Shown here: positions 14,230 through 28,277 of the stretch, piece by piece | How positions within the stretch are numbered: the stretch's first letter is position 1 | Layout: the number at the start of each line of letters is the position of its first letter | Assembly (NCBI GenBank): GCA_012295275.1 | Contig: CM022670.1 | Coordinates: 8,060,001-8,124,000, forward strand | Direction: 5' to 3' | DNA length: 64,000 nt | Origin: Chrysomallon squamiferum | Lineage: Eukaryota; Animalia; Mollusca | Notes under the pieces: model-generated | The model's input: the letters and a program-made list of their open reading frames with translations, nothing else | Database searches by the model: none | What the model was told of the DNA's origin: nothing | Program-made: the position numbers and the translations under genes

Positions 14230-14709
14230 AAACATTCTCTCTGTCTCTCTCTCTCTTTTTGACTGACTGTCTGTCTGTCTCTCTCCTTACACACACAAAC
14301 ACACTTTCTTCTTTTTTTTAAATTTCACTAAATATACTAATTTATTAATGTAACATTTCAATGATTAAAAATATATATTTAAAAAACTGAGGGAAAAGAT
14401 TTTAAATAATTTTAATTCAAGAGATAGTCTACAAAGACTTTATGTCTGGTCTGTTTCTAATTATATAAACTATGGTCACTGAGGAGACTACAAAAATAAA
14501 ATTACATGAACCCCAGAGAAGCTAATTTCGGAGGTAGAGTCACAAATACTGTATCCATTAACAAAAAATTTGTTCTCAAGTGAAAAAAATCCAAACACTA
14601 ATATTTTGTTTTGTTGAGTTGAAGGTATTTTTTTATTTATTCATTTTCTTTCTTTCTCTTCCCTGTTTTTTTTATAAATGAAAAAATATTTAAAATAAGT
14701 TTGTCTTAC

Positions 14710-14757
14710 CCTGAAAATGTTGTATAAATCTTCTCCTCCCTGGACAACATCCTTGTT
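14710..14757 (-). CDS. AFF4: AFF exon (NKDVVQGGEDLYNIFR)
   Basis: ttcttcacag|aac...agg|gtaaga, 48 nt, phase 0-0. It joins EM of the next exon like vertebrate (V)EEILKEM. Confidence 0.88.
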
Positions 14758-15720
14758 CTGTGAAGAAAAAAAATAAATAATAATGACAATAGTAATTTAA
14801 AAATATTAGACTTATATAAATGATACATAAATGTCATGATAAAAATAATTTTAAAAACTAATAGATCATTTAATGTTAATTTCGAGGAAATATGATTTAA
14901 CTAGTGTTATGATCAAATCTTCTTTATGTTATTTTCTGTTCATGCCACTGCTCTGTATCTGGTAAATCAAAGCCAATGTTGGGTGACATCCTAAGGTATC
15001 TATGAACTAGTGGATTTGTTGTAACATCTGATGAGTTCTTTTTTCACATTTTATCATTAATATAAAAGAAGATGCTTGGATAATGTTGAATATTTATTTT
15101 AAACATTTATTTATTCATTGATGTCGAATAAATGTCTCAGTAACATTAAATAAACAGATATTGTTCTTTATATAACCGATACATATTCAGTGTTGATCTG
15201 CACTACATTTCAGCATGAGAATTCTGAATATCATAATCTACAAACTGTAGACTGTGTATTTTTATGAGAATGTTAATGTGTTCTGTTTTACTGTGTGACA
15301 CACGTCTCATAAGGTTCTTGAATCAGTGCACCGAAAAATCGGAAACAACTGTTTAAGTGGAAACCTTTCAGTGGTAAGAAATCCAGACCCTCTTGTGCAA
15401 TCTTTTGACATACGGTATTGTTAAAAATATTTCTTTCAGCCCAATCCACTGACATCAGCACTTGGGGGTTACGTTAGGTTATCACATGCCTGGTCCAGGC
15501 TGGTCTAGACTTTATACATCAACCAAACAGAAGCTTAATTTAATGTTGGAACAGCTCTTTTAAGGTCACAGAGTTTTATTAACCCCAGCACTGCCTCACG
15601 AAATCGACCATGAAAGGATGGTAATGTTTTAATTGTCTTTCCTGTTCTTTCCGTAAAATGACATTTAATTCAAGTGTCGGATTTTTCTTTTCTTTCTTTC
15701 TCTCTTTTCACCCACCCACC

Positions 15721-15767
<47 letters not shown>

Positions 15768-17099
15768 ACTGTAATAAAATTCAAACTGTTCACAATTGTG
15801 ACTCAGCAATAATAGTTTTATGATGGTAACATTGTTTTTGTTGGGGTTTTTTCTTTTTTCTGTTTTTTCTTTCTTTTTTTGGTACTGGCAAGTGGAATAA
15901 ACACAATCCAAAAAAAACCAAAAAAAACATTCACTTTGCATCAACCATTTTAATACCATTTCATCAATTTTTCTTTATTTTATTCATTGTGTTTCTCAAC
16001 ATCACGTCAGGCAAAGCAGCCATTACTTATGATTATGCCTAGCAACCTAGCAACCCTATATTTAAAAAAACAATACAAACAACAACAACAACAAAACCCA
16101 GCAAAAACACATAAACATTGTCAAAAGTAGGTCACAAGGTCAAGGTTTCTCTACTTATTAACCAAATCTGACAATATCATAGATTAAATGATAAACAGAC
16201 AAAACTCACTAATTACTTTTAACTGAAAAACAACAGTAAACAATGGAAGGTCATTTTAATTACAAAAATACTGGTAACTGATGCTGCTGTTTTCATTGAA
16301 TTTTGGTAGATAACAAGGCTTATTTAAATATAATTTCAGTATTGTATGACACAGTAAAATGAAATGTTAAACCAAAGTTTTAATTATGTTTTGGGAAACA
16401 TTTTATCAATTTTCTTCTTCTTTTTTTTTCTTTGTTCTCTTTTTCTCGTTCTTTTTAATTGTGAATGAATGGAGATTTCCTTTTTCTTTTCTGTTTTTCA
16501 GTGTGAAATGAAAATAATTTATTAGCCATATTTAAATAAATAAATAATAAAATAAATAAGAAGTAAATGAATACGAATTTGTAAAACAAACAAAAATCAA
16601 AAAATTTACTACAGTTCAGTTTATGTATTTTTAACATTTTATTTATTTGTTTCTTTATTTATTTATTTATTTCAATGTTGTAGTTTTTGTTTTGAACACA
16701 GTTTAATAATTTAAGAATGAAAAGCTTCCCACTGATTTGGATTTTAAAAATGTCTTCTGCAGTGGTTTCATTTCCTTAGTTATTTTTACAACTGTTTATA
16801 AATAGACTCACTTGAAATAAAAACTTGTCAAGATATTCTTAGTCTTACTTGGTGTTAAGAAACATTTTGCAGTTCCTGCCAGCAACCCAATGAAATAAAT
16901 GCCACAGCACATTTTATAATTAAGAGTTACACCATGTGAATCTTTTGCTCTGTAATGATAATGTAAAAACAAACCAGCCACCACTGCAATATTGGTTGTT
17001 CATGTCATTTAGCATCAAGAGTTCTTTTTGAGCAGTTTTTCAGTCACAGAAAGAAGGACGTACAATGTGATTTATACATTTATTTACATTTGTACACCC

Positions 17100-17513
17100 A
17101 TCAGATGATGAGAAAGGAAATCCACTTTTGTCACTTCGTGGGCTACTCTTTTATTAATCAACAACAAAGTTACTTTCAGAGCAGTTTTTCACAGACAAGC
17201 AAGGAAGGTGATGGTTAACTTAGTTCTGCAAATCATACTTTTTATCTATGTTATACGCTGCCAGATACTTGGCTAAGGACTGCTGAGATAGTGAGAGAAA
17301 AAACACACTTTTATCCATTTACTGGCTACTTTTTTCTAACTAGCAGCAAGGGATCTTTTATATGCACCAACCCACAGTCAGAACATGACATACCTCAGCC
17401 TTTGTTAAACTAATTTTTTTTTAAAAACTAAAAATTATATATATATGTCTGCTAAGAAGAATGGATCCAATGACCCACTACATGTGGAATAAATTAAGCT
17501 ACATCCCACTCCT
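17100..17513 (-). mobile_element. Decayed tRNA-derived SINE: one partial plus one near full-length copy in tandem
   Basis: Core ggctactnttt...tagcagcaagggatcttttatatgcacc..cccacag occurs in full once, with a more decayed partial copy just upstream, and recurs degenerately elsewhere in the window. It ends in agctacatcccactcc, an inverted head. Confidence 0.65.
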
Positions 17514-19338
17514 TTAAACAGACAGGAAAATACACGAAACACGAGCCAAAATAACACACTGGACACAGAGGAGTGTTGAACCCACTGCTCTTTACTTCTC
17601 AGTCAAGTACTCTGATAATAAGTTACTGTATCAGCTGAAACATAATATCCTTATTTTGTTTTATTTTTATTTTGCACACCGGATATGTAGGCTATCTTCA
17701 CAGTTTTGCTGATATTTATGAATTAAACATAATACAAATAATAATAATGAATAAATTATTTAAATTAATAAATAATAATAATAAAAAAAATAACTAAATA
17801 GAAAATTAAAAAAAATTAAAACTGAAAACAAAATTATTGATTGATGTTCATGGAAGAGCTAATACTGTTAGAGGTAATAAATATATAAATGAATAAACAA
17901 GTAATAAAAATATATTATAAATTAAAATAAAATTTAATAGAATATAAATAAACAAACAAACAAACAAACAAATATATAAATAAATAAAAATTTAATAATT
18001 TATAAATAAATAAAACAAATAAATAAATGAAAAACCAACAACAACAACAACAACAACAACATGTAAAAGTCCATGCATCTGTTACCAGTTTTAACAACCA
18101 TGAACAGTGTTGTCTTTTGTAACGCATTTGGCCATGACTGCAACAACAACAACACAGACACTGCAATAACCATTCATCTATCAGCATGTTATTTCATCGA
18201 TAGCAAATACAAAATTAAACAAGAACTATTTTTTTTTTTTACACATAAACAGTATGAAATCTTTAAGTGCACAACAGCTTTCCATTAACTAAATCAAATA
18301 GAATTAAGTACTTTTTTTGAAAATATATACTGCCAAGATCAAAGGAGTTTTTAAAATTACAGTAAAAAAATATCATCAGTAAGTTATAACAAAAGGATAA
18401 GAATATCAGATACCTAATCTATCAGCACCATGTACTGATAAAAAAGAGATAAATTATATGGGTCTGAAAGTCCTAGGTTTAATGTAAGAAATGATTTAAA
18501 AACCAAAAAAAAACAACTAAACATTTATTTTTTATTTTTTTATTGTTGAACAAACTGACACTGGAATAAAATGACCTGCCTCTAATCCAGATACTGCATC
18601 AGTGCAGGTTGCAGTTTTTATCTGCATGTTTGCCTTCTGGCACTAACAACTGAAATATGTCCATTATCAAAGGTAAAAAGAAAAAAAAGCCGAACAACAA
18701 AAGAGCTTTACGAACGAAGCATGTGAAAGTGGTTTGTGGTGAGGCATGATGAGGTGTGCAAATCAGTGAGCTGTGCTTAATCTGAATATATTGTTAAACT
18801 AACACACAGCGTAATTCACCAACAAACAACACTCACGTAAAAACTTTAACTTGTTTTTTTTTTTTTTTTTTTAAAGTATACGATTCATGTGGTAAACAAG
18901 TAGTATGTGTAATGTGTTTGTGCTGTATGCTTTGAAATAATCATATTTTTCTGAGTTTTTTTACTAATCAGTGAAAAAAAAAGTAACAAGATCACAAGAA
19001 TATATAAAGAAGCTAATATTTTCTTCTTTTGTTTTATGACAATTTGTACAAATATTCATGACAGACTGAGGATAAGACTACCATACAATGTAACTATTAC
19101 TGTGTGGGTTTTTTTTTTTTTTTTTTTTTATTATTATGAAAGTAATAATGTTGATTAGACAGAAAATACCAGTTTGTGTGCACATTTGTTATTTTCTTAT
19201 TAGAAAAGAAAGTGGTTACTAGATTAAATAAAACACTGAGTTGGAAACACACAAAAATTATGTATTAATATTTCACGTACTTGTATGTGCTGAAAAAATG
19301 TTTTCTTTTAATAAAAACTCAAAAAAATAAATAAATAA

Positions 19339-19383
<45 letters not shown>

Positions 19384-20898
19384 AAAGAGGAAATGGTCTG
19401 CATCAGTTTAATAATGCTTAGAACAAATTTTACAAAGATGTTATTTTTTAAAGACCTTAATAGTATTAAGGTAATTAACATTTGTGTGTGTTAAATAATC
19501 TAGTAAGAGATATTATTGTAATTATTATTTTAACTAATAATATAGATAAACAGAGATAGACTTGACTGATGGATGGATGCTGCTATTAAAACAATCATTC
19601 CTGGTTTTGAATGTTGTCATAAAAAGTGTTAATAGTACCATGTTTTAGTTGTAAGTATTGTTGTTTATTTATATATACAGCAAACACTTGCACACATATA
19701 CACTTGTAAATCAATATATACATAAACATACATATATATTTACCAGCTGTGTGCATCTGTGTATGTGTATGTGTTATGTATAATGTGCACTAGTATATGT
19801 TTACATGTGTCTATGTATACAAGTGTGTTTGTGTTGCATGATTATGTGTGCACACGTGCTTGTGTGTCAGTATGCATGTGCATGTGAATGCGTATGTATA
19901 TATAAGTATATACTTCTGCTACATACATCTCAGTCTTTTGTTTCGCACAACACAGTCAAAAGTTCTGTAACAGATTTCTCAAAAGAAAACAATGAGAACA
20001 CAGAAATGTCTTTCTACTGCTCTGTTAATAACCTCCTGCAGCAAATTAAACTAAAAGTGTGGGTAAAATCAATACAGCCCACCTGTTGTCCTGTGCGCAT
20101 TCAGCACTTTCTGATATCAGACAATGTATCTAAACATGCTGTCAGTTATATATCCCAGTCTGCTATCACAATAAGAAACTCATAAACATTCAATACTGTA
20201 TTAAAAAACAATATTATTAATCAAATATTCACAGTTTTTTTACACAATTCTTTTTTTTTTTTCTTTTTTCTTTCTTTTTAATCCTGTCAGGCATCAGATA
20301 TGTTTTATTATCTTTTTTCTTTCTTTATTTTATTATTATTTTTTAATAGTTCTTTTTCTCACACTCATTCTCAGTATATATACATATATATATATGTATA
20401 TAAATACTCTCATACATATATACACACACACACACAAACATACACACAAACATATATATATATATATAAACATATTATATACATATTACTATCACTGAAA
20501 GCCCATACATCTAGTCTCCTATCTTTTTTGATGACTTGTCATAGTAATTATATACATTTATTATTGTCATTGTCATTGTTTTTGCTACTGTTATTACTAT
20601 TATTATTATTAGAAATAGTAGTAGCAGCAGCAGTAGTAGTAACACTAGTAGTACATGTTCATGAAAGTATGAAATTTGGCTTTTCAAATCATATGAAATA
20701 GTTTTGTCCATGCATAAATGAAGCGGAATAGTATGTAAAAAAGATAAAAATTAATACATGTTTATTATCAACGTACACGTAATACCATGTCAAAAATGAT
20801 AATATCCTTCTACATTATATTAAACAACAGGACACTTTCACTAATAAATGTACACTATCATGTCAGAACAAGATGTCTATTTTAGATAAAATATATTA

Positions 20899-20932
<34 letters not shown>

Positions 20933-21019
20933 TTGGCTTTTTGTTTGTGTTTGTGTGTGTTTCTGTATATGTGCATGGAGTATGTAAATGTGAGTTTTTG
21001 ACGGTTTTTTTTTTTGTTT

Positions 21020-21040
21020 GTGTGTGTGTGTGTGTGTGTG

Positions 21041-21086
<46 letters not shown>
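21020..21086. repeat. (GT)n microsatellite, interrupted
   Basis: Direct read. Confidence 0.95.
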
Positions 21087-21089
<3 letters not shown>

Positions 21090-23029
21090 TATGTGCATGT
21101 TATGACATTAAGACAAATTCAACAGATGGATTATTTTTATATTTTGCTATCATTTGAAATATGTAAGATAATATTTTTTGGGACAATCAACTTAATGATT
21201 TTGGTTTTAAAACAATAATTCAAAAATTAATTGAAAAAACAAAACAAATAAACTTTCTTCTAAAAATTCTAGAACTATTTAAATCATAATAATTATTTTC
21301 TTTCCATCATCCCTCAGAAAATTCTGATATGCCTTTGTCATAAGTTAATCAAAACTATGTATCACTGAAAAATATAAAATAATCCAGTATAATGATTTAT
21401 GATATATCCAGCAACAGTATCTCTTCAAGGATATGAATGTGATACAGTTAAAACTGAATTTTATTATTTTAAAAAAAATTTTAGTAAGTGAAAGTCAAAT
21501 GATATTTATTTCATCTTTTGGATTGTAATTAGAAACAATGTCTACATATTATCAACATTTTATTAACAAGAATTATCATCTGATCACTGAATACAAGTGA
21601 CTTCCATATATTTACAATTTCAAATAAATAATGTAATACTGAAGTCAGTGGGAGGTGACATACAAAGTTAAATCAAAATGTTAATAAATCAAATCACTAT
21701 TATTATCACAATGTAGGCACAGATGCTGTATATTCCAATCAGTATATGCTAAATATATCAGAGTTTTGAGCATGATCCGTTATTAACAGTGTCCAAAATA
21801 AATCAGTTTTTGTTATCCATAATTAACTTTCACTACATCTAGATATTGCTGAACTTTCTGCAAGATCATGTTTGTTATTCAAAGTATCACCTACAAATTT
21901 TTTATTTTGATCTATTTTCAATCTCTAATTATAGACTGGTTCATTAAAAAAAAAAAAAAAAAAAAGAAGAAGAAAAGAAGCATCTTCAAAAACAAATAAA
22001 AAATAAAATAATAATTTTAATATTATTTTTTTTTTTTAAAAAGAAGAAGGAAAGAGAAAGAAAACTGGAACAGAATCACTGAAGGCTATATACATGTTCA
22101 GTGTTTTTCATGGCTGCACCTATTTGTGTATTCTTCATATCTAATTACTCCTTTAGAAACTGAAATCTGAACACTGCCTATAAAAACAGGAAAGCTTTCC
22201 ATTTTATGTTTTGTCTGGTACAGAGTAAATTAAATATGTAAGTAAACCTATCACAGAATATTTCTTTAATGGCACTACACACATACTTTTAATGCGCTGT
22301 CTTTGTCCATGAGAAAAAACCTGATATTTAATATTCCTTTTAATTATGTACAAGAGATGCTTTTTTTCCTTTCTTTTTGTACCTTTAAATAATGTATGAA
22401 GCTGAAGTTAGTATTTTGGTCTTTCAAAATTGAGCCATTTCTGCACTGGTGAAAAAGAAAGGATGTTAGATGCTATAAATTGATGAGTTGATTTTAAAAA
22501 GATTAATGACAATATATCGGATTTAAATAAGTCTGCAAATTACACAAATCAGCATCAGTCTAAGAAGGGTACATGTGTAAACAGAATGGTTTGAAAACTA
22601 ATGCTGTTTTATGATGATTAAAACTGTCTAAACTGTTTCTGTCTATTGTCAGTTTCAGATGCTAATTGGAAAATTAAATAATGTTTTATGTAGTAATTAG
22701 CTATAGGTTATGCAGTTTATCCCAGGATAATGACTGCATTTTTCAAATTAGGCTTAAAAAAAAAAAGAAATAATTTCAACCAACGGAAAATTCAAAAAAA
22801 AAAAAAAAAAAAGCTAAATGCTTCTGTTGTAAGAATTAAGTGAATCTGAATAAATAAAAACTTTTTTTTAATTTTCAAAAATTTGTTTATTATATATATT
22901 AATACCTAGGTATATGATTTTGATGAAGATAATATAATATATTTTTTGCAAGCTCATAATGACCTGGATATGGTGATATAAAGATTAGGATCTTAAGGAC
23001 TAGTCAACTGTCCACATAAGGTGTTTACA

Positions 23030-23285
23030 TAAGATAACTGAATGAACAAATGAACATTTAACAACATATTTTATCACATATCATTATTTGGTGTGAATGT
23101 TTTCTTTAACAATAACTGGTACCGCTACCAAAGGTACTATTCTTTGCCAGTTATCAGTCAAGAATATTTTACAAGATTCTTTCTGTTTATGGAACACTGT
23201 GTGAAACAGTCAGATAGAAGCTGCAAGATGAACCTATCCAGTGACCATTTACTTCTGAGGCCAATGCTCTACCACTGAGCTGTGG
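23030..23285 (-). mobile_element. Decayed SINE copy retaining a tRNA A-box
   Basis: gctctaccactgagct (23266-23281) is the reverse complement of AGCTCAGTGGTAGAGC; the degenerate core lies alongside. Confidence 0.55.
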
Positions 23286-23700
23286 TTTGCTCAAGACAAC
23301 CAGTACAAATATATTTATAAAAATGACAGTTTACATTTTGACATTATAATTTATGTGAATGAATGCTTGACAATTTTCCAGATCATTGTCCAGTTCATGT
23401 CAATAACCTAAGTCAATTCTGGAATGCACTATCTATTACAAACTCCAAGTTTTTACGACTGAACATTATTAGACGGCGAGTGGCAGCTTAATTTCAGTTA
23501 GAAGACCAACCTGCTTGTGATTATATTTATCTATTTTTATATATGATTGTTTGTAAATTAATTTGAATATAATTTTGATGTACAGCAGATAAAATGCAGG
23601 AAAAGCTGATGTTAACTGACCTCTCCTGTCTGTGTATTTTGTTGGTTTGTTCTGTATATGGTTTGAAGCAAAACATATTCTAAAAATAATGAAAACTTAC

Positions 23701-24453
23701 CTCTGATGGAATGGTCAGTTTTGGTAATCTGGTTTTTGTTTCATCTTTGCCCAGTCGCTTGACAAAACCATTTGGTGGCGGAGTCTCCTTGAGGGGAGTT
23801 GAAGAAAGGTGATGCCGACTAGATCCTTTATGGCCTTGTTGTGACTCTGCTAATGATGATGATGTAATGGATGGTGTTATCTCTTTCAGAGGAGGAGTTG
23901 TCGTTGAGGGTGGTTTTGCTGGAGGTCGTGATTTGGCACCAGGACTTGGATGGTCTCGTTTACCATTTAAGTCTTTTGTCAGTGTGTGAGCTGAGGATTT
24001 GACAGGAGATGTATGTATTGCATGCACACTGGCAGTGGACTCTGGCCTGCCTTTATCACCACCACTAATACTGATTCTAGAATCGTGTCCTGCTTTAGGT
24101 TCGTTGCTGCTGCTGCTGCTGCTGCCTTTGGGTTTGTATCCTGGTTTCGATTCACTTCCACGGAACTCAGCCTTGGAGTCACTTGCATCCTGATCAGACT
24201 TCACCGCTGAATGTTTTCTGTCATGATACACTCTGTCCGAAGAATGTTTCTTCACTGCACCATTAGGCACATCCACTTTGCTGTAGTTAAATGTTTTGCC
24301 AACAGCAATCTGTGGGGTGGGTGGTTGATCAACTACTCCAACCACATGTTGTGGGGTCTGGTTTAACGTCTGTACATAAGGCTGAATAGTATCAAATGGA
24401 CCAAGCACTCGCACTATGTCATTGTATGTCTGATCATTATTAGAATTCTGAAT
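23701..24453 (-). CDS. AFF4: AFF large exon, 251 codons (IQNSNND...LPKLTIPSE), Ser/Pro/Lys-rich disordered region
   Basis: Lies inside ORF 23680..24471. Acceptor tttttcag|att, donor gag|gtaagt, 753 nt, phase 0-0. IVRVLGPFD resembles IQSMLGNYD and LPKLTIPSE resembles LTKLKIPSQ. Confidence 0.93.
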
Positions 24454-27400
24454 CTGAAAAAAAGAAGTCAAAATTACTGTATTAATTAACTGCTTTTTAA
24501 ATTTTTATCAGCTACTATGTGTACTTCACTAAACTACTATAAATTATATTTTTAAAAAAATTGATATTAAAAAAAAATGTTTTTTAAAAATCACTTAAAA
24601 TCTATGGAAGTAGTTAATTGGTTTATGTTTTCAAAATATTCTTGTATTAATGTAATCAAATCAAAAAGAAAAAAGTAAAAAAGATGTGTTTTTGTGTGTC
24701 TGTGTGTATACATACACACATATACATACACACAGACACATACACACTCATACAAAATAATAAATAATTCCATAAAGCTGTAAAATTTATAAAATATTTC
24801 AAGATGCACTGTAAATACTGCTTGCAAAAATAATTACTAAATCTGAATTTTAATGTAAGAAACTGAAATTAAAAATACATATAAACTTTATCACTTGTTT
24901 ACAGACACATGCCCAGCTACATTAAACAAATCTGCTGGTAACATGAAACCTTTTATCATTTCTTTTTTATTTTATACACATTTGGTAACAGCTTAGAGGT
25001 GATGGATATTATTTAACTCAATGAAATTCCATAATAATGAAGATCCTGTTCACAAACATAATTTAACAAAGTTCATAACAGCATTCTTGATAAATGATTA
25101 GAATACCTAATATGATTTTCAAATAGATGCACATTTTTTTTCTACATAAATCTGATGATATAGTATTATTTTATCATTTGTTATTCTTATCTTTTTTTTT
25201 CTTTTTTTTTTGTTTTTTTTTTTTTTTTTAATGTTTGTTTTTATTGATATTTGACAGACTAAACTTACTTCAATTTATTGATTAGGAAGAAAGAAGTCTT
25301 TTATTTACCAACACACTGCACACATTTTCAATCTGTGTTACACAACTGTAGAGAATGTGTTTCTGTCATATAATGAGCTATTCTTTGTCAAGGGATTGAT
25401 TATAAACCATTTTGATGTATCACACATCCGGTAACTGATGTACTGTTAAATATTTTTGAGTAAGATTACTGTTTTAAAGAGATGCAAAACTACTTTCTAC
25501 TTCAAACCCGTCAATATATCACTATTATTTTATCATTTGCTGTTCTTTCCTGCATCATTTTCCACCTGTTATTTTCTGCCTCATCTTTTTATTACTTTTA
25601 TTATTATTATTATTATTTTTTTTAATATTAATTATTTTTTTCTTCAGTTTTTTTTTGGTTTGTTTTTTTAAGCAGTTTGAACTTTCTGTGTTACATAGGA
25701 TTGTGTTTTGAACATACGAGATTGTTTTAGCCAACAGGAAACGAAGCAGGTGAATTACTCAAAGATAACTGCGTGAGAGAGGCACTCATTTCTTCTCAAC
25801 ATGATACAATTTCCTTGCAAACAGTAAGACTCCTGCCTCTCTCTCTCTGTTTACCTCAGCGCTTGAAAAATGTTTGTCCTCGGTGGGCGCAGATAACTCC
25901 AAGCGAGTGAGAAATCATACAGCAGATGCAGTTGGCTGAACTGTCAGGCAAAACCACTGCACACAACACAAACACAATAATCAGATCAGTGAGTGTATGT
26001 GTGTCAAGTGTAAGGGAGATATATTTACAACTCTGTCTGCCTACACGGCTAAGGCCAGGCAGTAGTGTTAGATGTGTACTACGAAATTAGATCTAGATTT
26101 GTCAACATTAGTAGTCTATTTCTGGCTTTTTCCCATGTTTTCCTCTCCTGAAATATTCCCAATCAAAACCCAGCAGTGTGTCTTATTGATCGCAGCCATC
26201 ACGTTATTTTTAGATGCTAAATGCTCCTATTTGAAGCGTCTGCATAATGAAATAAAATAACAAATGACCATCAGAAATAGCACTATCTTGATAAACAGAC
26301 ACTGAACAGGCTGGTTTCACGGTAGTAACAAGTGCACTGCAGTTGAAAGTATCTTGTCCTTCAACTGAAAAAAACTCCTTTCAGAATCTGATACTTTACT
26401 GATGTTACTGGTGCATTTTATTTCTTTTGAAGACTACCTTGCCAAACTGCATCATGTATGCACAACATTTAATATTATTACTTTATTATTAAAGTAAGAT
26501 GTTGATTAATTTAAAGTCTAGCTACCATCTGTAATATTTTAAGGAAAAAAATTAAACCTTAATATGTAAATCAACAATAAATCTGACTCTTTCACACATG
26601 ATCTAACTTATGCAAATGAGAATATTCTGAATGTATAGATACAATAATAAACACATGTCTATGCCAACATACACACAGTGACACATACAGTGATTCACAT
26701 AATTTGCACTTGCAAGTATTACAAACAAATAAAGTTGATTTCCTTGACTTTAGCATCAGGGTTTTGAACTGATATTAAAGCATTCTCACATAGTTTGCAT
26801 TCCAAAAATATTTAACACAGGCTTATTAATTTTGTGTTCTCTGTCTTCAGCACATTTAACTTTAAGAATTTTAGACAATGCAAGATATGACTAAATATAA
26901 AATAAAATAAAATAAAATAAAATAAAAAATTAATAATAATAATAATAATAATTACTGAAATGAAATAAAATAAATAACAAAAAAAAAACCAATGAAAAAA
27001 TCAGAATCTTTATAAATAAAAGTTATATCTAATTAACTGTGTGGTTATGTCAGTATTGTGTTGACGTGTGTATGAATGTGTACGGGTGTGTCCCTATAAC
27101 TGCATGGGTGTCTATGTACATATTGTATGTTTCTATACACACAGATGCAAGTATACATTTTTTCAATTACACTGATGTTATCAAAACAAGAAACATTACT
27201 GTATAAGATATTTTGGGGCTTGAAGTAACGTTCACATTTACTTATATTGTTAAAATGCATGTTTAATACTCTCCTGTATTAAATAAAGTAGTTATGCTCT
27301 ATTGATTTGAGAAGAATCAAAATAATAAATAATTATTAATATTTTTATTATTCAGTAACTAAATATTAAATTAGATGTATTCAGTAATATATATTTATAT

Positions 27401-28190
27401 ATATATATATTCACTAGTTTCATTATGATGTCTTAAACCTTCCTCTCAAAAATAGTTTCAAAATATCTACAACTTTTACTTGTTTTCCTAAATTTACTTT
27501 TATCAAAATATTCGTCAGCCATTACATTTTTTTAAAAGTGTTAGGAACCCTTTATATTTCCCAATCCCCGATTGCTGATAATAAGTACAAGGTTTGTCTT
27601 TGCACTACCTTGACATATATTTTTGCTCACATAGTAAAACAAAAATGTACTGAAATCGGATCAGTTTCATTCTCACTTTATTTTCTTATTATCTCTTTAT
27701 TTTGTGTTTCTGTTTCAAGACAGCTAAATACAGATACTCCAATGTAGTAAATGGGTTTTGCTGTTAAATGACAAAATAAAGTTGTCAAACATTTTGGTTT
27801 TTTATAATTAAATCATGAATGATGATGTAAGGGATAAACTAGTTCTAAAAAAATACAAAATCCACCATGCTGTATTAGCTAACTGCCAGTACAACAACAT
27901 ACATGATGTATGCATCAACTGGCTGGCAACATTCCAATTCGGTCAAAATTGACATCAGGTGTTATCTTAATGTTTATAACTCTCCTCAAAAATGTATCAC
28001 CAAATATCTTTTGTACGACAAACCGCTGTGGATATTGATTTATTATCATCTTTTCATTTTGTTTTTAATTTCATTTAAATCCTCTAATGGCACCACCAAC
28101 TTGGGTTTAATGCAGCTTGTAAACATACGACATCAGCTTTGAAAATTAACAAATTTTAAAAATTTAAAAAACACGAAAATTAGAACATTA

Positions 28191-28212
28191 AATAATAATA
28201 ATAATAATAATA

Positions 28213-28264
<52 letters not shown>

Positions 28265-28277
28265 TAATAATAATAAT
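28191..28277. repeat. (AAT)n microsatellite
   Basis: Direct read. Confidence 0.95.

Noticed and set aside
18746-18785. ATGATGA...CTGA as a C/D snoRNA
   Set aside because: Only about 40 nt, antisense to the host gene, no terminal stem.
23200-23285. tRNA gene
   Set aside because: Only the A-box survives, with no B-box or cloverleaf; better explained as a SINE head.
23979-24210. Three short ORFs overlapping the large AFF exon
   Set aside because: Shadow frames caused by GC-rich coding sequence and an (AGC)n poly-Ser tract.
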